DNA of 63,401 nucleotides, the filler included, from Sphacelaria rigidula (taxonomy: Eukaryota): assembly GCA_964200075.2 (NCBI GenBank). It is 7 parts of 7 records of this genome, joined end to end, with 100 filler letters (N's around TTAATTAATTAA, not from the genome) between each part and the next. Parts side by side here need not be neighbours in the genome. Positions count along the whole stretch, not along the records: positions 18,146 to 27,117 come from CAXNAA020009610.1; positions 27,218 to 36,188 come from CAXNAA020009611.1; 5 more parts are not named here. One strand, 5' to 3'. Below the pieces are notes generated by a model, which was not told the DNA's origin, ran no database searches, and was given only the letters and a program-made list of their open reading frames with translations. The position numbers and the translations under genes were made by a program. Shown here in pieces: positions 25,281 through 35,388 of the stretch (position 1 is the stretch's first letter; every line of letters begins with the position of its first letter).

Positions 25281-26711
25281 GTGTCGCGCGCATTCTGCGG
25301 AGGGGGGATCTCAAAAGCAAGAAAGACAAAAGGGGTGTATCCATGAAAGTGAAAAAATAGATGCAGCACTAGAGTGTGTAGCTGGTGCATACAGAAGCGC
25401 ATTTCTTGAAATCATCCGGCCCCACCTCACTCCGGTGAATCCATCAGGTGCACCGACAGTAACTTACGGCGGAACGCAGCGAATTGGAACCTCAACAGAC
25501 AAGGCTTTTCGAGCAGAATCTGGTCTCCATCTTCAAAACTGTGAGGGCGAGAGAACTGCAGAAAATTTGAGGAGAATCGACGCGGTGCCGGAGTGCTGAT
25601 CCAATCCTCGATGCCAAAATGTCAGGCATGTACCGTGGAAGAATTGGAGTGATGCCTCGACACTAAAGATTCGTCCCGAGGATGATACTCTGGGTGCAAT
25701 GACGAGCGAGAGAAACTAAAAGAAAACCATATTGATTAAGTGCATGTCAATATGTCAATACTCTGTACTTGGAAAGTCTTGTGAGATGATTTCACACGAT
25801 CACAGGCATGGGCATGGGGACATGAAACCGAAATATAGACCAATCCCCCCCCCCCAACTTCAATTCCAGACAAAAACTACATGCGTTTCTGAATAAACAC
25901 GGCCCACGCTGTAGTGAAGCAACCAACGTCCCGATGCGGTACGCAAGGGATTGGTGTGCACATCGAGGTGTTGAACCAACCAACTGAGCTGTTGGCTATA
26001 GTGAAGCCTACCAAGTAATTGTTCGAGGTGCTGTGGTCGTAACGGGCTGGGGGTTGAGCCTAAGCTATGCTCGGGCACCCCTGAAAACTGGTACCTAACT
26101 CAGGATGAAGAGCGTGAAGATGTCATTGTACGTGTCTCTTATAGTTACGGTTTATTTTTCGTGCTGTATTATCCGGGTAGGCATCGTTCACGTCGAACGA
26201 TGAAGCTCATCTTGCGAGCAGTGGCAGACGGCACCATCTGTTCGTGACCACACAAGCCCGTCTATTCTTAATACGTGAGCCAATTGAAAGGCAGTGAAAA
26301 AAAAAGCAAGACACAGAGTGTACAGTACACCGGATGACGTCATGAAACAACATCCCCCGGGGACCTCAGCATTTGCGAATTAATGCGGTAGGATACGGGT
26401 ACGTGTTTTGCGTGCACGGAGGTTTTTATAATGTGTTGTGCTAGTGATGCTCCTTCCCTAATCGACCTTTCAGGCTCTCGTGCAGGCAGCAGTGACGTCT
26501 GCCAAGCTCACTCACAATCTAAGCATACTACCGTCCTCGGCACATAGCCCCCCTGCTCACGCTGTTATGTCTTGCGGTATGTACCGCTCTGCTCCAATTG
26601 CTATCCAAACATTGAGCACTTGCGGAGGCCACACTTAAGCCGAGTCGTCCTCGACATGAAAAGGCAGGTAAATTGCTATCCACACGCATGGTCGGCACTT
26701 ATCCAATGGTA

Positions 26712-27010
26712 CGCGTCCCGGTGGTGTAATGGCCCGACTGTCGCCATGAGGGTGGAGAGAATGAGGGTTCGATTCCCGATGCGTTCGCGTTTTTCTTCGT
26801 AATGTATGATTTTCACCGCGGCAAGCGCGAGAACGTGAGTGAACAAAGTAGTCGACTGAGTGTGTTCGACGCGAGTTGATGCGATTGCGGGAGTGCTGTC
26901 CCAACCCACGAGACCAAAACGCAAGGCGTGTATCGGGGGCGAGATGGAGTGACCCCGTGAGTCCACGGACTCATCCCGAGAAAGGGAAAGGATTCAAAGT
27001 GCGACAAATA
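26712..27010 (+). mobile_element. tRNA-derived SINE family 2
   Basis: A-box TGGTGTAATGG and B-box GGTTCGATTCC. Colinear with 31640-31941. Tail ends TTCAAAGTGCGACAAATA. Confidence 0.85.
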
Positions 27011-29489
27011 TGTAAATGAATAACACTCAAAACAAAGTGACCTGGTACCGCACAAGATAAATATACTTGACAAAACCTATCAATGCAAAGCCAAAAAAAA
27101 AAAACAAACAAACATCANNNNNNNNNNNNNNNNNNNNNNNNNNNNNNNNNNNNNNNNNNNNTTAATTAATTAANNNNNNNNNNNNNNNNNNNNNNNNNNN
27201 NNNNNNNNNNNNNNNNNATATGTCACTTCAGCCCCATATTTTGTATGAACCCCAAAATATGAAATCGGCTGTTATCCGGGGTTTCCAGGACTTGGGGACG
27301 GGGTGTCCCTCCACGAAGTATCCGAGAAACCCATAGAGTCAACCTTGTGTGGAAGTTCCTCGCGGGAAATTTTGAGCTGCGCACGAGGCCTGAGTGGCGC
27401 GGGACGACCATTCTGACCAATCGTGGTCGTCAAAGTGAGCGCTTGGGTCCCGGTAGAGGTGGCCTGCGGATAGACACATCCGCCGTCTACCCTCGAGTCT
27501 TCTTTTGACAATGCCAAATCAGTCAGGGGTCGGACAAATAATGATTCGTCTGAGAATTACTTGGTTTTAGTATCATGAGTCGACTGATGACGAACCAATC
27601 CCTTGGTTTTATTTCAGCGTTGCAACCCAGGTATACGCAGCCCAGACACGTGGAGTGGCGCAAAAGTTGCGTCGATACCCTTGGACCAACGAGCAACTTT
27701 TTTCTTCCTTTTGGGCATTCAGACCGAAGAAATCGTGAATTTGGTGATATTGAGTCGTGATGATTTGTCTTAACCGTTAGATCAACCATAGACTACGACC
27801 AAAAGGCAGGTGTTGGAGCATCTTCGGTACTGCCTCAACGTCCTACTAGGTCCATTACTTCATCTGGTATAGAACGTCAAGGCACAGCATGCGAGCGGCG
27901 GCCACGATTATCCTACGCACGCATATGTAGACAAGTACTTCGACGGTGAGGCGACCAACATCATCACTGAGCAATTGCTCTAGGGTAGTCAGAGGCGTTC
28001 GCGGCGGTAGTCATCGGGTGCGATATCGAAACGCACGCTGTCTACATACGGCACGTTCAACACTGTAAGATCCAGTAAGCTGCAGACCGCTCGACACGAT
28101 ACACTACAGACTGCACAGCAGAAATATGAGACGTAATAATCAAGTGGTCGACAACCACACCACCGTCTGTGTCATGACTCTCGCAACTATGTGCTGCCTC
28201 TTGTGCACTCCCGGTCACTTCCTTCCGCCGCAGAGTAGGCGTTTGAGTTGTGACAAAGGAATGATTCCGAACCCAAAAAGCGGAGTGTCTACATCAGTCT
28301 ACCAGCGGGGGGTCGCCGCCCAAGGGTTAATCTCACGAAAACGTTCTTCAAAATAGTTCTGGTCGCGTATCATTGTGGACGGGATGAATGATCTCGCAGC
28401 GAAATGCTCTTAGAACGTTCGTAGGGATTCTCTCCCATTTTCATTCCCGCCTGTCGACCGCACATGGGGGTGGGCATTTTTTTTGCAGCAGCCTACGACG
28501 CGCGGCTCCTCGTTCCGCAACGAGTAAGAGGACGCGAGGATTCGAAACCTCTGATACATATGACCCCCGTGGCTCGCCAACAAAAACAACCAACGTCAAA
28601 ACTGGGTTACGTCATTTCCTCGACAACAGGCGAACGTGGCGTCTCTTCAAAAAAAGAGGGCGGAGTGTCCCAAGTGCACTTCGTCATGGTTGATCGCATT
28701 ATCTATTTCTGCACACCAACCGACTCATCTCTGACACCACCAGCGGTGCTACGAGATGGACACACTGGAGGTGAAAATATGAACAGAACACTCGTTAGAG
28801 CAGGAAACATGGAGGGGAAAGTTGAGATGACGGTGGGTAGCCGTCATTCTACAGGATCAGGTGATAATATTGGAGGAAAGCCAGCAGTAGTGCGGGCGTA
28901 CACGAAGTTGGTGTGTCCATGCGCAGTATCAGTGTGCATGTGGGTTTTTCACGTCAAGTCGGTTGCTTCTAGCTGCTGTCCGTGATTTTGATATCGCCAC
29001 CGCATCAAGCGGGGTCTGATCAGGCGGTGCGGCAGAAAAGAACATATCGCCTATCCCGAGACACCTGTCTTTTTCATGGCAGGCTTCCGCGTGCACTACT
29101 CCCGTCAGTGTGGGTGGTTTTCCCACAAGGAAAAAAAAAGTTGCGAAGGTGCTTAGGATAAGGTAGGGTGCAGAAGACCTGTGGGTACTGTTGTGTACTG
29201 AACATTTCACCTGTCAATACGCCAGGTACCACGGGATTCTCACTAGCTTAAGCAGTCGATACTGTTCATAATGAGTACACATTGCGAGAGAAGCGTTAAA
29301 GTGTTCCCATATATACTGTAGCAGCACCGTGTAATAATGACTGATGACGCTGTTCGATGGCATTTTATTTGCTCATTCTGGTATTTTTCTGGTCCTGTGT
29401 GCTCTTTTCTCCCGGTGTATCCAAGTAGCAGCTTGGTGCCTCGCTTCCGTAGGGTGCATGGGCGACGAGAGCTTCATACCCAAGCGCCG

Positions 29490-30123
29490 GTCGCCCCGGT
29501 GGCTCAGTTGGTAATTACCTCGAAACCTTCTGACGGATGGGTCGTGGGTTCGAATCTCGGAGCGATCTGAGATTTTTATCACATAAAGCCCACCAACAAC
29601 AGTGGAGAGCGACCACGTCGTGGGTACGAGGGAGACGAACTGCTGAACTCCTCTCGCGATAAAAAAATCAAGGCAACCACAGCAGAAGGAAGGTGTGTTC
29701 AGGAAGCGAACAGTTTATCCATTGAACCAGTGAGCGCTCACTGGTAGCTCAATGGTCAAATGTTCGCTTCCTGCCAGGGATCTCCGGGGCCTCTTGCCCC
29801 TCGCAAGCCTCACTGTCCACATGTCAAACTCATTCCTTCCACAATCGATCATGCCGGAATCCGAACCCCATATCTTTTGTTCAGGAAGCGAACAGTTTAT
29901 CCATTGAACCAGTGAGCGCTCACTGGTTCAATGGATAAACTGTTCGCTTCCTGAACAAGGTGGAGAAGTGAAACAATCAGAAGAAAACACTCCTCTTCTT
30001 GTGCTGGCCTGCCTCCTGGCTGTGTGACCCCGGCTGGTTCGCCCACACAGTTATACTGAAAGGTGTAGACCGGCGTCCAGAATAGATGGGAAGACAACAC
30101 ACCCAAAATATTGAGGTCGAAAT
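29490..30123 (+). mobile_element. tRNA-derived SINE family 1, longest copy, interrupted by the 262-bp insertion
   Basis: GTCGCCCCGGTGGCTCAGTTGG (A-box) and GGTTCGAATC (B-box). Homologous to 15297-15505 and 54256-54330. The 3' limit is a guess. Confidence 0.72.
29696..29957. mobile_element. 262-bp TGT..ACA element with palindromic, tRNA-derived ends
   Basis: Perfect 5-bp TSD AGGTG (29691-29695 / 29958-29962). 50-bp perfect terminal repeat. Loop-less palindrome 29877-29958. A-box and B-box on the minus strand. Confidence 0.9.
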
Positions 30124-30328
30124 AGATCATCCGCAATCTCTCCTCACGGTTTTTTGTTTAATTGGGTGTGAGTGTGATTTTGTTCAAGATCGACCGTTTT
30201 TACCGAAGTCATGTTGCAGCGGCCATCCATTTTCTAGTTTTTTTTTGTCTTCTTTTTCTCTTTTGTCTCTCTGCCATTCTCTTTTTCCCCCTCACTTTTC
30301 AGCAAGTGGACCCCTTTTGTTTCATCTC

Positions 30329-30397
30329 GGATACGTCTATTATGAAACCACGGTTGGATCCCTGGGGAATCAGTTAAGGTGCGTCCATCAATCAATC
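30329..30397 (+). repeat. Non-LTR-type 3' tail ending in (ATCA)n; relatives at 52962-53034 (-) and 14672-14726 (-)
   Basis: CCACGRYTGGAYCCCTGGGG..TCAGT.AA.GTGCG followed by ATCAATCAATCA. Confidence 0.6.
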
Positions 30398-30518
30398 AGA
30401 TCAATGTGTGTTGAGCTTCGATGTTTATCGTCAATGATGACGGGTCTGAGTGCAGGGCAAAAGTGATATTACGACCGTCTTTGGTACGTGGACACGCAGA
30501 GTGTTGTCTAGCGCGAAG

Positions 30519-30632
30519 ATGGCGAACGTCGAAGTAGAGAAAGCGGCATACCTGAAGCTGATGCTTCATACAGCCAAGTATCCGTGGGCGGAAGTCAGTG
30601 GCTTTTTGCTCGGGCAGGCGTCGGGTGAAGAT
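30519..30632 (+). CDS. EMC8: ER membrane protein complex subunit 8/9 (UPF0172, MPN-like), first coding exon
   Basis: MANVEVEKAAYLKLMLHTAKYPWAEVSGFLLG matches the family N-terminus (AY.K..LH.AKYP...V.G.LLG). GAT|GTGAGT donor. Downstream exons not found in this contig. Confidence 0.85.
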
Positions 30633-31382
30633 GTGAGTTTTCGACAAGGTATCCTTGTACACAGTACCATATGTGATGCGGTATACCACCCCCCCGCGCG
30701 CGATGCATTTCTCAACCTCGATTTCTCGATAAGCAACTCATTGTATCACTGAAAGATTTTTCTCCGTTACAATGTCCTCAAAACAATCATTCCGAAAATG
30801 CCATCGTCAATTGCATGGCCATACGATGTGACTATCGCGGCTTTTAAGAAGCCTTGGGTTTTACCGGTCACGTACCGTGCAGTCTGTGCACGTGCCGGTA
30901 CTAACAGTTTACTTGAGAAGTCCTTTAGATGATGGCTGGGTACAGCAGCGACCGCGCACTGATTCTGGACGGTTTAATTTATACGTATTCTGCTGTCGGC
31001 GTGGTGTCATGTGGTATCTCCCCCTTTTTAGTTCGCCGCATTCTATGTAAGAACATCGCACCAACCCCACCGCCCGTTATTTGTACGGTGTATAACACCC
31101 CCTAATTACCCGTGTACGGCAAGACCATACATGCGTATTTGCAAACTGTGCCGTAAACTACCTCTCCATCGCATGCTTGTTTGATCCTCGTCACGTCCAT
31201 CCGATGGCACAGAATATCTCACCTCATGATGAAAATCATGTTGAAAACGTAGCATCAGAGAGACCACAACTCTTTGTCGCACAATCCCTAATTCCACCAG
31301 TACGGGTCCATGAGTTGGGTGGACCCGTACTCTCACTACTTGCCTCCAGAAATGATTCTTTGTGCCACTGATCAGTATCACA

Positions 31383-31456
31383 CCAACCCAACCCAACCCA
31401 ACCCAACCCAACCCAACCGGATCCAATCCAAACGCTAATCCTAACCCTAACCCCAA
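31383..31456 (+). repeat. (CCCAA)n grading into telomere-like CCCTAA units; similar tracts at 32621-32650 and 49881-49924
   Basis: Seen directly. Interstitial, short and degenerate. Confidence 0.8.
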
Positions 31457-31639
31457 CGAAATGCAGAGGTAGTCACTCGGGGCATATGGACGTCCATGCT
31501 ACCATAGTAACGGTCAAAAGTGACTGTAGGACCTCAGGGTCGGGCACCTCTACGCGGTACTGTAAACAAAAATACGGTTCCACCAAAAAATGGACACCCG
31601 CAAGAATGAAATGAATGATTATGTTCTTCATGTTGCCGC

Positions 31640-31941
31640 CGCGCCCCGGTGGTGTAATGGTCCGACTGTCGCCGTTAGGGTGGAGTGAACGGGGATTCGA
31701 TTCCCGATGCGTTGGGTTTTTTCTTCGTAATGTATGATTTCCACCGTGGAAAGCGTGAGAACGTGAGTAAACAAAAGTAGTCGACTGGGTTTGTGTGACG
31801 TGAGTTGACGCGGTGCGGGGGAGTGCTGGTCCAATCCGCGAGATCAAAATGAAAGGCACGGACCGGGGGAGAGATGGGTTGATCCCTTGAGACCACGGAC
31901 TCATCCCGAGGAAGGAGAGGGGTTCAAAGTGTGAAAAAAAT
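31640..31941 (+). mobile_element. tRNA-derived SINE family 2, second copy; tail-only copies at 32009-32129 (+), 33241-33347 (+), 34172-34252 (-), 20477-20585 (-)
   Basis: Shared head, body and CCACGGACTC..GAGGAAGG..TTCAAAG tail. Confidence 0.85.
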
Positions 31942-32682
31942 AATTCGTAAGGGGCAATCGACAGAACTGGGCTTGGATCAGGTATCCCAGGGCCATTTTC
32001 GGCGACCCGGGGAGTGCTGACTCAATCCGCAAGACCAAAATGCAAGGCTTGTGCCGGTGAGAGATGTATTGATCCGTTGAGGCCACGGACTCGTACGAAG
32101 GAAGGGGAGGGGTTCAAAGTGCGACAAATGACAATATAATGTTGAAATAATGGTACTACTAATAGTAAGTGTACGTACTGCACCATGGCGTGCCCTGGTG
32201 GTCTGAACTAAAATGGTACAACTGGAACGAGGTAGGGCGGAAGATTGATGGTCCGATTTCCCGGCAGATAAAGATTCATTTTATTTCTGAGAAATTGTCC
32301 GATTTCTATCGTTGAACATGAAGACGTGACCAGCAGAGGAAGTTGCCATCCTACGATAGGGGGGGGGGAGGGGCTTATGTGAGGGCATTACTCCCACGAA
32401 AATTTACTTCGAATCGTCGTTGAAAGCAGCAACTGTTGTTCGAACGCCATTGTTACCGATAAATAATGGTCATGCATACTCCTTGACACCGTTTTCATCC
32501 AAATACCCAAGCGCACCGCGAGTGTGTTGGGTCATCTGATACACCCCCGAGCCCTTTCTTTGATAAGGCCACCTGAAGAAACGTCCGCAAACAATGGTTG
32601 GTACTATTGAGATGCCGCCAAACCTAACCCTAACCCCAACCCTAACCCCGACCGTGGCATACCGAGACCCTCGGGCAAGGGC

Positions 32683-32842
32683 GGGGGGGGGGGCGTACTC
32701 ATTCGTTGTACCTTTGTCGTTTCACCACTGACCACGCACCCCTTCCAAGACGGAGCAGGGGGGGGGTAAAGGGGGGCGTACTCATTTGTTGCTTGCCCTG
32801 GTCGTTTGACCATTGACTACGCATCCCTTTCGAGACGGAGCA
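32683..32842 (-). repeat. Two tandem copies of a ~65-bp poly(C)-tailed micro-element
   Basis: Minus strand TGCTCCGTCTCGAAAGGG..TGGTCAATGGTCAAACGACC..CAAATGAGTACG(C)n. Other copies near 35117-35142, 36345-36436, 45187-45259 and 59910-59965. Confidence 0.8.
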
Positions 32843-34595
32843 CTGTTCCTACTCCTAAGAGAGAAACCTTCCACATTCCCGCGCTCATTACGTTTCTTCC
32901 ATACATTACACAAAACCTTTTTCATATCTTATCTCCGTCTTGTTTACCCGAGGGGGGTGCAGAGTGTTTCCTGAGCAAAGTGTGCGTTGCCAGAGCTCAT
33001 ATCTACGCCGCAGGCGCCGATTTGTTTAACCCAAAACACGTTCTGGACGAGCTGGGTCTACTGCTCTTCTGCGAGCACCTGCCCCAAAACCATAATTTTT
33101 TTCAAAACTTTCCTGCAGTCTGAAATCAAGCATAATCGAGTATTAACCATTGTTTATGGAGATTTATTTAGGTCTACCGCTTTGTGTCGTGGAATCGAGC
33201 CCCCCCACACCCCGCGCGCCTATTGTGGGGTCACTCGTGCCGGGGTACTGACCCAACCCGCGACACGAAATTGCGAAGCGCGCACCTGGGGAGACATGGA
33301 TCGATCCATCCCGCCAGACCATGGACTCGTCCAGAGGATAGGAGGGGACTGGAAGTATGACGAACAGAACAAAGAAGACAAAACACTGTATTGCTATGGT
33401 GCAGGTATCGGACGAATACTGATATCGTCCGAAAAATGACTTGGTTTTGGTGCCCGGTGACCCGTATCGTACGAATCAATCCGTCCTTGGAATTTGTTTC
33501 TAGCGTTGCACCACATGTCCGCGAACCCCAGGCACGTGGAATGGCGCATTTGTTTTTTACGTCAAGACTTTTCTGATCCGCGAACAACGATTTTTCTCTT
33601 TCGTGAGAGCAATCGAGCCTCAGGAATAGTAGATTTGGTGATCTAAATCAGCATTGATTCGTTCGACATGCGCAAAAGTGTTCTGAACGATGCTAAAAAC
33701 CCGTCGAGAGAAAGCAGCATCCCCCCGTGATCAATTTACCATGGTTTTCAACCTTGATCGATCGTCTTGGAATCTGCGGCAGCAAAAATAAAAAGCTGAA
33801 GGAGATGAAAAAAAAAGCAGCGGAGCAAAGCCGCATTAATCTTTTGCCGCGCCAGATTCCGTAGGTCAACCTTAGATATATGCCACTACACTATACCACT
33901 AATAGGTCGAGGGGTGGGACAGTGGAGATTAGATTACTCGAGTCCCTCGTAGAATCACGGACGAAGAGCCTATTTTTATTCCAGCGTAAGAGCATCAATT
34001 TCTGGTCTTGGAAGGACCCCTGCGAGTCCCGAGCGCTCTCGTCGATCGCAGCAGGCGATTTGGCTCCCATCGCTGCCGGCCTACGGCGTCGGTTTGAGTT
34101 CTGCCAAGGCACATGCTGCCTGGAGCACCCTTTGATTGATTTGGGGGAAATTCCACGTCCTGGGCAATTTTTTATTTGTCGCGCTTTGAACTCCCCCCCT
34201 TCCTCGGGGCGAGTCCGTGGTCTCAAGGGATCAACTCATCTCTCCCCGGTACAATATAGGGTCAATAGTTGCAATAAACAAAAAATGTACTGCGTAAAGT
34301 ATGGACTTAATGCAATTGTTGTCGGCCGACTACCGCTGCAGTAGGCTAATACTTCACGCAGTGCATTTTTTTCAGCATTGCAACTATTGGCCATGTATTG
34401 TCATTGTCCAGGGTGTGGAACATTCAACACGGTACATGTTTGTCAACGGAAATGGGAATGTTGCTCGCGAAAATGAGAACGTGCTGCTTCTCAGCTACAC
34501 TTTTACGGTCGGGGACTCTGGCGTTCGAGTATGCAAGGTTGTGATCTCAAGGGGTTAACCACTGACATTCGGTTATTCACGGCGGTCTTTCCGGA

Positions 34596-34603
<8 letters not shown>

Positions 34604-34644
<41 letters not shown>

Positions 34645-34874
34645 CCTTGACGGTCGGAAGAAACCCAACCCAACACTTCCCCCGCAAACGAGTTTTGCAA
34701 GCGAGTTCTTGTGCCGATTACCCCAAGGCTCAACTAGACCACCTCCCGGCAGTCATGTGGGGAAGATGCCTCGGGCGGTGGCCCAAGGCAGTGTGGGGGA
34801 TGCCCCCAGTAAAACCCCCTATCAACTTGGCGCAGTGCAAGCGTCGCCCTGCTCTTAGGAGCTTCGGCCCTAGG
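34604..34874 (-). mobile_element. Short retroposed insertion with (CA)n 3' tail
   Basis: 11-bp direct repeat GGACACCTGTG at 34593-34603 and 34875-34885. (TG)n tract 34600-34642 at one end. Confidence 0.7.
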
Positions 34875-35309
34875 GGACACCTGTGGTGGTTGTGTGTGAG
34901 GTGCCTGGGGTTGTTTTCGAGTTGATCCTCGCTTGGTGGCCATGCTATTTCCCTTGTGTCATCCGTCTCCTGTTGTGTTTATTTTTTCTTCCTTTTTTCT
35001 TTCGGTGTACCTTTCTTATCAGATCTGAACCGTCCTCCCCCGTCCCCTCCTGGGCGAGATACCGTGAAACTCGCAGCTACGACGGCCCTGCTAAAGCGAA
35101 AACGCTNNNNNNNNNNGCAACAAATGAGTACGCCCCCCCCCCCTCCCCTTCCATTCCGTTGAAGTTGAAGTCGGGGAAGCTACTCCTCATGTTTTCTTGA
35201 CGTCTCTCTTCTTCTTTTCATCTTGGTAATTTTTCCGTTGATTGCGTTTGTTCTTTTAATGAGGCTGGAGTCTCTCTCAAAAAGATGACGAGGACTCCAT
35301 GTCTTGTAA

Positions 35310-35388
35310 GGAATAGCAGGGACGGTATTGGAAAGACGAGCCTACGTCTGTGACCACGGGTTCGGAAGGTCGAACTAATGTGCGGAAA
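35310..35388 (+). repeat. Dispersed repeat tail (second copy 61596-61690)
   Basis: GACGGTAYTGGAAAG..CCTACGYCTGTGACCACGGGTTCG..GTGCGGAAA followed by A/T-rich sequence in both copies. Confidence 0.65.

Noticed and set aside
29490-29567. tRNA gene calls for the SINE heads (also 15430-15505, 26712-26785, 31640-31712, 54256-54330)
   Set aside because: Broken anticodon and T stems, copies diverged from each other, and each continues into a shared non-tRNA body.
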